This document shows, piece after piece, positions 32,640-42,868 of a DNA stretch of 64,000 nucleotides (its first letter is position 1; the number at the start of each line of letters is the position of its first letter). Made by a program: the position numbers and the translations under genes. Origin of the DNA: Candidatus Poribacteria bacterium (lineage in GTDB: Bacteria; Poribacteria; WGA-4E; PCPOR2b); the NCBI GenBank assembly GCA_965218095.1, contig OZ244587.1, forward strand, positions 4,384,001 through 4,448,000, in the 5' to 3' direction. The notes beneath the pieces were generated by a model. It made no database searches, had not been told where the DNA came from, and was given only the letters and a program-made list of their open reading frames with translations.

Positions 32640-33553
32640 ACCCAAGTTGCGACCTATTCATCGAATATGTGAGTGAACTCAGAGCTGATTGATACTGCTA
32701 GCCAATACAAACAAGACCACTTTCAATTCAAATCCGTGTCGCGTTACTGCATGGATTGAACGTGGAAGCAGTTTGTTAATCAAACTGCCAGCCGTCTCAA
32801 CAGACTTACGATGGTAATTAGCCAAGTAGGTCTCCCATGGTGGATACAGCCGCTTGGAATTCTTCTTGCGTACTGGCTTTAATTCGACTCCGACTGATGT
32901 AACAATATCTTCTATCTCATAATTATTGTATGCTTTGTCACCATAGCCCGGTGGCAAGTCGAAGTCAAACCACTGTAACCCTTCAACGTCCCCTGTACTG
33001 GCTGGGGTCACAAAAAATTCAACAGGGTGTCGACTCGCAGTCACTAGCAGATGAACTTTCAAGCCATAGAAATACCGACGTTTGGACGCTTGATAGCCTC
33101 GATATGCCTTATCGGTGTAGATTTTTGACCGACGAATGCGGAACAAACAGCAATTGGTATGGTATCCAGTGCATAGATTTTCTGTTGATTAAGTTGCACA
33201 TAGCTTCGTCCCAAGATTTTGAACAATGTGGTGAACATCGGTTTAATCGACTTTTTGAAAGCATCTTGGGTATATAGCCATGAGTCTTTAGAAAGTCACA
33301 AGTGGTTTGCAAGTTTGCCCCGAAGAACAACGCAGCGACGATGCCGGTGGTCATCACTTCGGCATCAGACATCTGCGTTTGTGGGTGTGGTTTTGAGTTG
33401 AGTGCTTCTAAGCGCTTGTCACAGAGATAGAAAATGGTTGCAATTTGGATGTCCATGGGTTTCTCCTTTGGTTTCTCCTTTGAGGTATTATGGTTTGGAT
33501 TACCTCTACTTTAACGGAAAACCCATGGATTTTCAATTACTAGCAACTTGGGT
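32640..33553 (-). mobile_element. IS982-family insertion sequence, degenerate
   Basis: TIRs ACCCAAGTTGC/GCAACTTGGGT and a 7-bp TSD TAGTATA (32633-32639, 33554-33560). Transposase pieces MSDAEVMT, YFYGLKVHL, GDKAY, RKSVET. Confidence 0.93.
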
Positions 33554-33666
33554 TAGTATAACTATAGTTAGTCGTCACGAATTTTTTGAATCGTTGTTTT
33601 GCAATGAGTAAGGTGGGTTCAACCAAAAGGCTGATTGGTATTCGTCGGAAGCGGAAGGAAGCCCGG

Positions 33667-34581
33667 TTAGCGAGAGTCGGCTCCAGGGATCTCAAATTCA
33701 CTCAACTCGAAAGTCTCAGATAAGAGTAGATCGAATACTTCTCCGGTCGTTGTCGTTACCTCAGTCAGATAGGTGTACTGGTATTTGACAACACCAACGT
33801 TGGGAACGACCCAATATTTCGCCGGTTCGTACCTACTAAGCTCTAATCGGGTAGGCGGATTCCCAACAGGTTTTAAAGCTTCTCCCTGCGACAAACCGAC
33901 AATTTCTTCCTCAACCAGATAAGCGTTGTCGTAACTCCCGGCCGGAACCGTTACCGAGACATTTGCATCAATAACGCGGCGGATAACGCGAGTTGTCGGT
34001 GGCGTTGTTTTCTCAAAGACTGTCCACTCCTTTCCAAGCTGCGATTCTTCTGAGAACCACAGAGGAAAATCCCAGATAAGGCGCGGCGGAAAGTGTTTTT
34101 GATGGATAACAGGGTTGTCTAAACCGGAAGCGAAGACATCAAACGCTGACTCGTTATAGGATTGCGGCGTTTTCAAAAAGTAGGTCGCAAAAATCGGCAG
34201 ATCGAAATTTAGAAAATCGGAATCTATGCGATAATAGAGTCGATTTGCAGAGAGGTGATCGACAACGTCTCGGCCGATAATGGGATCCGGCTGTCCGGGA
34301 ATTCTTATCTCGATTTCACTGACGGTCATCTGCCGATGTGTGATTCCGCCAATGTCTCGGGCGCCTTCAATACTGAGTGTGAACGCCGCTCCAGTTTCTG
34401 CACTAACATAGGTCCATGCTGAACCGTTATTTGTGGGAAAATCGACAGCTCGCAGTCCTTCACTAGGGGGCGCAGCAATATCCACATCGCCGTGCGGATC
34501 GATCAAGCCCTCCTCCCCGCAACTGATCACGGCGAGGCAAACAACGGTAAGCATAAAAGTGACCATCGTATATTTGGTCAT
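33667..34581 (-). CDS. Hypothetical lipoprotein
   Basis: VISC lipobox. FPxxxGSAWTY, VTVPAGSY and YWVVPNVGVVK motifs. Confidence 0.8.
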   Translation of the reverse strand: MTKYTMVTFMLTVVCLAVISCGEEGLIDPHGDVDIAAPPSEGLRAVDFPTNNGSAWTYVSAETGAAFTLSIEGARDIGGITHRQMTVSEIEIRIPGQPDPIIGRDVVDHLSANRLYYRIDSDFLNFDLPIFATYFLKTPQSYNESAFDVFASGLDNPVIHQKHFPPRLIWDFPLWFSEESQLGKEWTVFEKTTPPTTRVIRRVIDANVSVTVPAGSYDNAYLVEEEIVGLSQGEALKPVGNPPTRLELSRYEPAKYWVVPNVGVVKYQYTYLTEVTTTTGEVFDLLLSETFELSEFEIPGADSR

Positions 34582-34777
34582 CTTATGGATTCCTTAACGT
34601 GAAACGTGATGCGCAAAACGTGAAAATAGGGCTTATACCCGATTTCGGCTTTCAATTTCTCATAATGATCAAATTAGTATACCACCATTCATAAACCGGG
34701 TCAAGCGGAAATGGATCGATAGGAAGTACGCCTACCTTATACGGACGGACTTTGGGGGATGACGAACCGGATTGTCA

Positions 34778-35368
34778 CTACGATAATCGCCCCGATAGAT
34801 CGGGATTAAGAAACTTGATGCGGAAGTTCTCGAAGCGAATCCAATGCGCTTCATCCGGCGGACCGTTGTAGCACTGGATGCTCACCTGGTCGTCGCCCGG
34901 TGGGGGAAGCTCGCCCGCCGCCGCCGTTTGGAATTCTGTTTCGTCTTCAGGGCAGTACTGTGCTTCCCACGAATCAGCGGTAACGAGCAGGCGCAGCCGG
35001 ACGCGCTTCGTTGACATTGGCCGTCGGCCAGGGATGATGTAGAGGTCGCCGTTGATGAGTTCCTTAACTTCTTTGAAGATCGGTATTTCGTCCTGGTACC
35101 AGGTGATCCCCGCCTGCTCGTACTGTTGGGTAGGATGGGTATGGTTGGTGACCGTCACTTCGATGGCATAAGTGCCCTCGCTGCGATCTGGTGCCGGCCG
35201 CAACAGCGCATTCCTGACCGTATCCGCCACGCTAGGCTCGACGCGAATCTCCAGCCCGCCATCCCGGATACGCCAATTGTCCGGATTCTCCCGCCGCCAC
35301 GACCAGCCTGCGTCGAGTTTGCCGTCGAAGTTGTCTTCAAAGGTGATTTTCTCGTTAGATGAATTCAT
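34778..35368 (-). CDS. ConA-like beta-sandwich hypothetical protein (DUF1349-like)
   Basis: FEDNFDGKLDAGWSW, QYEQAGI, IRFENFRI. GGAGG RBS. Confidence 0.7.
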   Translation of the reverse strand: MNSSNEKITFEDNFDGKLDAGWSWRRENPDNWRIRDGGLEIRVEPSVADTVRNALLRPAPDRSEGTYAIEVTVTNHTHPTQQYEQAGITWYQDEIPIFKEVKELINGDLYIIPGRRPMSTKRVRLRLLVTADSWEAQYCPEDETEFQTAAAGELPPPGDDQVSIQCYNGPPDEAHWIRFENFRIKFLNPDLSGRLS

Positions 35369-35629
35369 GTCAATACCTCCATTTGAGTAAGGGCGTCAAG
35401 GCAGCCACCTCATTGGGATCAACTTAAGAACTGAAATACACCGATTTCGCGGATTGACGCGGATTTCTTATTCCGTTGGCTTCGACAGCCAAGATCCGAA
35501 TCCGTGTCTAACAAGGATACGCAATCTATTGTTGGGGCCCAATCGGGAGCGGTACAACACCAATTTCCGTTAAATTGATCTCTATGGGGTAGGTTTCTGC
35601 GAATAGAACCTGCTGTTGAACAACAACCT

Positions 35630-36295
35630 CGTAGCTTTAGCGCCACCAGGCGCGACATGTTTATAGCATGATTTGGCATTAATCACATGTCGATAGCTCC
35701 ATCGGAGCGACATGTGATTCTGTGCAATGGATGCCCACGGATTGGCGTGAAACCATGAGGTTACATTTCGCTCCTACGGGGCTAAACAATGTAACGAAAG
35801 ACCGCTATCTATAGACATTTCGACCGCAGGGGTCTAAAAAATTAACCCCCTCATGAAAAAAATCTCAAAATTAAATGAAACTCCATATAGCATAAAGCCC
35901 TATTTTGGACTTTGGACAAAATCTAATAGTCAGGACGATGCTTGACACTGCTCCCGATGGATTGGCAAATCCATCAGTCTGATGTTGTGGCTTGGATTTG
36001 TCAATCCAAGCCGAGCGGGGTGTCGATCATCATATTGACCACTACAACTTTGGACAAAATTGCACGATTTCGTCATGGGGTGGCTGAAACCTCATGTGCA
36101 ACAAGACAAGGAATTTGCTAGACGCTGGCGCACAGCCCCAAAGGGGCGAAATGTCTATAGCATCCGTGTTTTCCTCTAACCTTAGCTCCATCGGGGCGAC
36201 ATGTGGGCCAGCTCGCAAAACATGCCGCTCCTACGGAGCTAGGGCTAACGGTTGGCGTGGGTTCTATAAACATACCACCCCTACGGGGTTGGGCA
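35630..36295. repeat. Cluster of REP-like composite inverted repeats
   Basis: Two units (about 35635-35835 and 36135-36290), each with ATGTYTATAG...AGCTCCATCGGRGCGACATG...CGCTCCTACGGRGCT...CTATARACAT. Extra palindromes at 35956-36011. Confidence 0.75.
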
Positions 36296-36385
36296 CGTTA
36301 GCTTGGTGCATATAGGCTGAAACCCTTGTAAGCAAATCATCTGGCTTGTGATCCGGTCCTCTCGCAAGTGCTTGTAGGTAATGGG

Positions 36386-37522
36386 CTATTTCGCGCCTTT
36401 GCCGGCCGATGCGGCATTGAGTCGCTTGACGAGTGGATGACGACGGTCTGGCAATGGGAGATTGGCTCTCGCACCCGTGAAATGGGACTCATAGACGGCG
36501 CTGACGCACTCCAGGGAGGTCAGTGCTTTTGAGCCACCGAGCGCCGGCTGACGGTTTTCGCGGATTGCGTTTACCATGTCCCGTACACTCCAAATCGAAT
36601 GTCTACCCGGCCACGGCTGACCGTCAATGAGAAAGACCTCTTTGGGGAGCAGGACTCGTTCCCATTGCGGGGTGTGTGCAGCAAACGAAACATCAAAGGG
36701 GCAATACCACATTTCATCTATGCCAGTTTTGGGATTGGGCTTGAGCATCAGTTGCCCCTCACCCCCTAAAATGTGGGGTCCCATCATCCAGCCGTGTAGC
36801 TGTTCACGACAATAGAGCTCAACCAAGCCACTAGCCCCCCGCTTTCCACCGAGATGAATCATCATTGTGTCGCCTGCCACCATTCCGTTGTCGCGCCGAT
36901 CTGTTTTGCAAAGCTCGCTACTGTGCATGATGTCTTCGACGCCGACATCATGTCCCCGGTAGGCGATCTGCGCGTGAATCCACTCAATGCCATCCATGAA
37001 GAAATCCATCTCGTCAAAGTAGTGGACACCCATTTCCATCAACTCAAATCCGGCTTCACGTCCCTTGCCGACCTCGCGGATGGAACGAAATCCACCAATT
37101 CGCCCCGATTGAATCCACTTTTTCGCGTGATGAAATAGTGGAGTAAATCGAAATTGATGGCTGACTGCAAGCCGCACCCTTGCTTCTTTACAAGCCGCGA
37201 CCATCTGATCGGCGTTTTGCAGATCGGTGGAAAGTGGCTTTTCACACAGGACATTGACCCCAGCCTTTGCGGCGGCAATCGTGATAGGAGCATGCAGCGG
37301 TGCATGGGTGCAGACACTAACAAGGTCTAGTTTTTCCATCCCAAACATCTCTTTGTAATCGGTGTAGCGATTGGACACGGCATATTCGTCCCCTCGTGCA
37401 TTGAGTGCCGCGGGATGAATGTCGCACAAGGCAACAAGCATCACATCTTTCAGATTTGTGTATGCGGTTGCATGACTCCGGCTGATTCCACCACAGCCAA
37501 CAATTCCAGCACGTAACGCCAT
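36386..37522 (-). CDS. Gfo/Idh/MocA oxidoreductase
   Basis: GIVGCGGIS, VLCEKP, EMGVHYFD. Confidence 0.92.
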   Translation of the reverse strand: MALRAGIVGCGGISRSHATAYTNLKDVMLVALCDIHPAALNARGDEYAVSNRYTDYKEMFGMEKLDLVSVCTHAPLHAPITIAAAKAGVNVLCEKPLSTDLQNADQMVAACKEARVRLAVSHQFRFTPLFHHAKKWIQSGRIGGFRSIREVGKGREAGFELMEMGVHYFDEMDFFMDGIEWIHAQIAYRGHDVGVEDIMHSSELCKTDRRDNGMVAGDTMMIHLGGKRGASGLVELYCREQLHGWMMGPHILGGEGQLMLKPNPKTGIDEMWYCPFDVSFAAHTPQWERVLLPKEVFLIDGQPWPGRHSIWSVRDMVNAIRENRQPALGGSKALTSLECVSAVYESHFTGARANLPLPDRRHPLVKRLNAASAGKGAK

Positions 37523-37611
37523 AGATATGCCTTCCTTTTCGTTTTCGATGAATTAAATGAGGGGTGTTTATAATTGAAATTGAGTCAGGATAAAGGTTAT
37601 AACTTGTGCTA

Positions 37612-38432
37612 GGTTCTGTTGACATTTCAAGGGAGCCATATAAGAGTGGAGACAAAGCTGAGAAATCCAAAATAACGGACAGCTAGCTTCTCAAACCGAG
37701 AGAAGATACGACGATACCATTTTATCTTGTTGATGAAACATTCAACCCGATGTCTCTCTTTGTAGTAAGTGTTTGTCATACGTTCTTTGGTCAACACGAT
37801 GACTTTTTGGCGGTATCACCGCAATCGCTCCATTCGCCTTGATAACGGCGATAAAAGCGTCCGAATCGTACCCCTTGTCTCCAATCACATATTCACTGTT
37901 ATATCCGATTATCAACCCTTCCGCCTCAGTTATGTCATGTCTCTGACCGGGGGTCAGATGTATTCTTAGGGGATTGCCTAGTTCGTCAACTGTGATGTGA
38001 TTTTTTGTACTGAAACCGCCCCGAGAGCGACCTAATGCTTGGTTTTCAGTCCCACCGTTTTTTTTAAGGCACCAGCCGCACACGGGTACGCTCGAATGAT
38101 TGTACTGTCAACAATAAGCGACTCGATATCGGGGTCAGAGGCGAAGTGGGGGTGCATCTGTGTGAAGATACCTTTGTCGCACCATCGAGCAAACCGCTTG
38201 TAGCGGGTGTTCCATTTGCCATAGGTGTCTGGTAGAATCCGCCATTGAGCGCCGCTACGAGTCACCCACAGGACGGCTTCGACGAAGCGGCGTGTAGCAG
38301 CTTCGTCGCCAACATAGATGGTGGGACAGCTAAGAAGAAACCGGTATATCTTATTCCATTGTTCATCAGGTAAGGTTATTGGCGTCATTCTTCTATTATG
38401 CCACAACCTTATACTCAAATGTCAACAGAACC
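37612..38432 (-). mobile_element. IS5-family insertion sequence, copy 2
   Basis: Same TIRs and C-TA-G target as 5863-6692, near-identical sequence. A-rich slippery site between orfA and orfB. orfB frameshifted near 37760. Confidence 0.93.
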
Positions 38433-38482
38433 TAGCACAAGTCGTAATCTTATCTAATTTTCAACAAAGAAAGGATTATAAC

Positions 38483-39090
38483 ATGTGTTATCCTGACAAG
38501 CACTATTATATCATATTGTTGTTCTAACTCCTCGAAGAATTCGAGGCATCGGGTACATTAAAGCAAACTGAGCGTCGAGGCTCCCCTAAAGTGCACCCCG
38601 ACAGTTCACTGATTGTCTTTTTCGCCGTTATGACCCTCAAAGCAGTCAATCGGTTCAAAGCACAATGCAGGTGGCTTTTGGCAAACCCCGATTGGCTGCC
38701 ACCCCTGAAACTCGAAAGCGTGCCATCGCGGGTGACTCTATCCCGCTGCTACAAACAGTTGGCACCGAAGCTCGAAGCGTTTGTTACATATCTTGGTGAT
38801 ATAGGGGTGACCCTTGATATAGAGACAACCCCAGAAAGGGTGTATGAAGACAAAAGCCTTTATAAGGCAAAAGGGAGTGTGGCACCAAAAACACCGAAAA
38901 GCAAACTACATCCCTAAAGGACTTCGCGCTCTAGACACGGATGCAAGTTGGTCAACGAGCAAATATCGGGGGTGGGTTTACGGATATGGACTTCATCTGA
39001 CAACCCCCGCGAGCGGGTTTCCGAGACTCGCTAGGGTCTATACCGCCTTTGTGAGCGAGAAAGCCGCGCTTGACCAGAAAATTGATTCAC
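38483..39090 (+). pseudogene. DDE transposase, N-terminal part (broken)
   Basis: ATG 38483 after AAAGGA. VPSRVTLSR, EDKSLYKAKG, DTDASW, GWVYGYGLHL. Contains a stop and a frameshift. Confidence 0.75.
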
Positions 39091-39194
39091 TGGTTGGCAG
39101 ATGGAAAGATTCTAAGATGCTCGCCCACTACGCCAAAGCAGAACTCGCGGAACGGGGCACGATTGCCCGGTTCAAATACGGCAAAGGAAGGTGA
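39091..39194 (+). pseudogene. C-terminal tail of a Cre-like tyrosine recombinase
   Basis: GRWKDSKMLAHYAKAELAERG matches the GRWxSxxMxxxY catalytic-Tyr box. Confidence 0.6.
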
Positions 39195-39196
39195 AC

Positions 39197-39805
39197 ATGG
39201 GAGCGATATATCGGATCTACAACACAGAAAATGGGAAATCTTACATTGGTCGAAGCAACCGCCCCTATCAGCGAATCGTCCGCCACTTGATGCCGGAGAG
39301 CTCAGTGGGAAGTCCTGCAATACAGGCAGACCTGCTCAACCATCCACCCGAATCGTGGCAGTGGGAGATTCTCGCCGATGACAGAGACTATCCGGGCGTT
39401 TCGATTGATGAACTTGAGAGTCAATTTATCCTCGGCTATAATTCCCAAGCAAACGGCTATAACATCATGCCCGGTGGCGAAGGCTTCGCTTCTAGCGCGA
39501 CAAAGGACGAACCGCGACTTCGTTGGAAGCATACAACCTTTGATCGCTCGCAAATACGGGGCAGGATTACCCGTGCGATTGACGACTACCAGCAACGCGA
39601 ACGGGCGGAACGCCAGAGGCAACAGGAGATTATTTCGGAATACGGAAGCCTTGAAGCCTATCAAGAACACGAGCAAAGGCAGTGGGAGATTCGGCAGCGA
39701 GAGGAATCGAGAGAAAACGCGCGCCGTGAGAACAGAGGCTGCCTGTGGGCCATTGGCATCTTCGCGGTTTGGTTTTTGATTAACCTTATCGCACGCGGGT
39801 GCTAA
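39197..39805 (+). CDS. GIY-YIG nuclease with coiled coil and C-terminal TM helix
   Basis: AIYRIYNTENGKSYIGRS...QRIVRH...ELESQFI...NGYN, then a Q/E/R-rich helix and GCLWAIGIFAVWFLINLIA. Confidence 0.8.
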   Translation: MGAIYRIYNTENGKSYIGRSNRPYQRIVRHLMPESSVGSPAIQADLLNHPPESWQWEILADDRDYPGVSIDELESQFILGYNSQANGYNIMPGGEGFASSATKDEPRLRWKHTTFDRSQIRGRITRAIDDYQQRERAERQRQQEIISEYGSLEAYQEHEQRQWEIRQREESRENARRENRGCLWAIGIFAVWFLINLIARGC

Positions 39806-39886
39806 ATAGCGATGTCGATTTTCGCCAATCGAAAGATCTGGCAAAAGCCCCCATCTCGGGAAGATAAAAGACCAGGGCACCTTAGC

Positions 39887-40232
39887 TTATGTCCGATAAA
39901 TGGCATTAACGAGCATTGCAAGTTGAAGTAACTTCACCGTGAGTATCAAAAAGGGGCGCACATTTTCAATTCGACTCACCGGAAGTTGCTTCTGATTGAC
40001 ATCGGTTGCCGCCCCCTCAATGAGCAGACTAAAGACCAGCTCAATAACTGTCTGACGCTGCTTCTGATAGCTTGCGAACGGCTCCGAGGTATTGATAGCG
40101 TCAAGGTAGTCAATCGCCTCATTGCTTTTGACACCGTTAACGGGTGTCAAAAGCAACACCCCCTTGTCCGCGAACTTCTTGACTCGGTTGAGGGCGGTAT
40201 ACCCCGCATCAGCGGCGACATACCTGATATTT
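39887..40232 (-). pseudogene. DDE transposase, C-terminal part, in opposite orientation
   Basis: YVAADAGY and YQKQRQTVIELVFS (YREK-like). Confidence 0.72.
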
Positions 40233-40508
40233 CGCTCTCCCCTTCCATTTTCAGGTGAATAAATCAGCACGAAATTATATCATCTGCCTCTCGAAAAAGT
40301 CAATGACTAAATCGGTGAGATTCGGGTAGAATGCTCGCGGGGGCGCGTGTCGCCTTATGTCCTATAATTCCATCTGGCATTTACCTTTCAGAAATGTTTC
40401 ATTGATGATTGCCTCATTTCGCTAAAGGCACCGATGGCGTGAAAATATGCTATTTTGTTATAATTATTTATGAACACCCCTCAATTAAATGAGCACGTCG
40501 TTGATTCA

Positions 40509-41940
40509 TTAGTCGGTGAAATCTGACATCTCCCACACCAGAATCGTTCCAGCCCATGACCCGGAGGCGAGTTTTGTGCCATCAGGCGAAAATGCCACCG
40601 ACATCAACCCGCGCCCATCTCCTCGAAATGTGTCGATATGTTTTCCCGTCTCGACCTCCCACAGTTCGACAGTGTTATTCGAACCCGAAACAAGCCTTGT
40701 GCCATCGGGTGAAAACGCCACCGACCAGACCCAATTCGTATGCCCCTCAAGTGTGGTGATATTTCTTTTCGTGTCAACGTCCCACAGTTTGACAGTTTTG
40801 TCCTCCGATCCCGAAGCGAGCTTCGGGCCATCGGGAGAGAATACCACAGCGTGCATCCAATCTGAATGCCCGGTGAGGAGCGCGACTTCACGAGTTGTCT
40901 TCACATCATAAAGCCAGACACCAATGTTACTTGCCACCACGATATATGCGCCATCAGGCGAAAACGCGATCACTCTGTCGCCCTGACTAATCGTCCCTTT
41001 TTCCAAGCGCGTTTTGGCTCCTTCGGGTAAATGCCACCTCCGATAATCTTGATAAGTCAGACCAGTCCGTGCATCGTCTCGCTCTTTCTGGGCAGCAACT
41101 TGCAACGCCATCTGACCGTCGCCGCGTCGATTGGGGGGAAGGGGGGCGCGGTCCAAAATGGGTGCGTTGATAATCTCAACCTTCGTCGCCGACTCTTCCG
41201 CATCAAGGTTATACGGTAGCTGAAATCGGAGCCCGTTTGTGAAACTTGAGCCGACAATCAGGGCAATCGTCACAGCGGTGGCGACGCCCTACGGAATCAG
41301 CGGTTGACCACGCGGGACAACCGGGGTGGGTTCAAAATTGCCAATTCGCTCCAGCAGTTTTCGGGTGAACGTTGGCGGCAGTTGGAAGCCTCCAAAAGTT
41401 TCCTGCATCATCTTCGTTATCTCCTCTCGTAAACGGAGGCGTGCGCGATAGAGCCGGTCTTTGATTGCACCTTGCGACGTGCCGATGAAACGTCCAATCT
41501 CCTCACAACTCAAGCCACCGAGATAGTGAAGCGTCAAGACGGTGCGTTGGCTTTCGGGCAAACTATCTAGCGCATCACGAATCTCTTGCCGTTGCTGTTC
41601 GTCGCGGTAATCCCGTTGGGCAATCGTCTCCATCTCATCGGTTTCCACGTTAGCCAGGGGGCACGTTGGCAGACGTTTTTTGCGGTGCCACATCAGGCAA
41701 CATCTCGATGCGATGACATAGAGCCAACCGGCGAAATGCACCGGGTTTCGGAGCGTCGCCAGTTTCTGATAGGCTTGGAGAAAGGCGTCCTGTGTCAATT
41801 CTTCGGCGGTGTGAAAATCACCGGTTTTGCGGTAGACAAGCGCGTGGACCGCACCTTATGTATTTATCCACCAGAAACCCAAACGCGGTCTCATCGCCCG
41901 CAAGCGTCCGTTTGATTAGTTCACCGTCACTGTGATTCAT
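40509..41940 (-). pseudogene. ECF sigma factor fused to WD40 repeats, disrupted
   Basis: ATG 41940 (LAGDETAFGFLVDKY), frameshift, TQDAFLQAY...FAGWLY...IKDRLYRAR, in-frame TAG 41289-41291, TM segment, then WHLPEGAKTRL and WD40 repeats. Confidence 0.85.
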
Positions 41941-42124
41941 CGCAGCACTCCCGTGATTAAATCGTTCCTTTTCGTCAAACAGCGGTGATACGCCTTCACT
42001 ATTTATGATGCACTCAGGAAGTGGATGGTCAGACTCTTTTTTAATTTCCTTCGGTTCCTAGCTCCTAGCCCCGCTCCCGTCAAGCCGGAGCGAGAAATCG
42101 TCCGCTTTCACAATCTAAAGTGCG

Positions 42125-42839
42125 GTGCGATTCTGCGTAGCAAAACATAATGTCGGTTAGATTCCGACTTGGAGAACTTACCTCCACAAACCTCACCTTA
42201 ACTGCGTTGCTGGAAACAGCAACGTCCAAAGCAAAGGGAAAAGGTGCATGGCTCGTAGGGAATGTAGACCCTATAGGTTGCCACATCAGGTTAGAATGAT
42301 ACGGCAAGGCGAAAGCCGAACTCATGGAAGTCTCGTGAAGTTTGAACAGGTGAATCTACAATCCTTAGCCTGTAGCCAAAAGGCATGAGCAAAGGATAAC
42401 ATCTCGCACTTATGTTATCTTGTAAGTCAGACTGCTCCGGGATAAAGTGAGTGCCTAAGTCATTGAGAATATATGTTTTGTGAGAGCAGAATAGTCCCCA
42501 TATCACCCCGATTTATCGGGGTGATATGGGAGAGGCGGACAGATAAGCCTGTCCAAGTCAAAACACAGAAATTGGGTTAAAATGGATTAAGGGAAAATGA
42601 GCGCAATATCGTGTGCCTACTCTTAAACACGGCGACTCGTCCCCAATGTTCCACAATACTTAAAAGTAAGTAGGGCTGAGATTGTCTTTCAGGATAATTA
42701 CCACAATCCAGACAGCCTAACGATTCTTTATCCGTTTACAAAGACAATCGGTAATTGACGGTGAAAGCCGTGTGCGGTGAAAGTCGCATGCACGGTTTGG
42801 AAGCAGGGAAAAATCCGTGAGGATTCTACCTATGCTTAC
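42125..42839 (+). ncRNA. ORF-less group II intron (IIB-like), copy 2, 715 nt, apparently intact
   Basis: GTGCG start. Domain I stem ATTCTGC/GCAGAAT (42486-42492). EBS1 CGCACTT (42405-42411) complements exon AAGTGCG (42118-42124). Domain V 42765-42798. Domain VI ends CCTATGCTTAC. Confidence 0.95.
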
Positions 42840-42868
42840 TAACTCCTAATGTAATTAGAAAATTGTCA

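Larger units (their letters stand above)
37559..40482. mobile_element. TIR-bounded non-autonomous element (2924 bp) with nested IS and cargo
   Basis: Ends GAGGGGTGTTTATAA (37559-37573) and TTATGAACACCCCTC (40468-40482), 14/15 match. 8-bp direct repeat AATTAAAT at 37551-37558 and 40483-40490. Confidence 0.75.

Noticed and set aside
35560-36330. Possible CRISPR array
   Set aside because: The repeats are degenerate, alternate in orientation and have irregular spacing. No cas genes are present.
15606-41291. TAG read-through (pyrrolysine or recoding) at in-frame stops 15606, 23949 and 41289
   Set aside because: The same genes also have TAA stops or frameshifts, and TAG is used as a normal stop elsewhere. 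Ordinary nonsense mutation fits better.
42120-42124. Alternative intron 5' end at the first GTGCG
   Set aside because: Alignment with copy 1, EBS1 pairing and restoration of the MITE end all place the start at 42125.
5514-42839. Diversity-generating retroelement or retron explanation for the two homologous non-coding regions
   Set aside because: There is no RT, the differences are not adenine-specific, and both copies have group II domain V/VI and GTGCG...AC ends.
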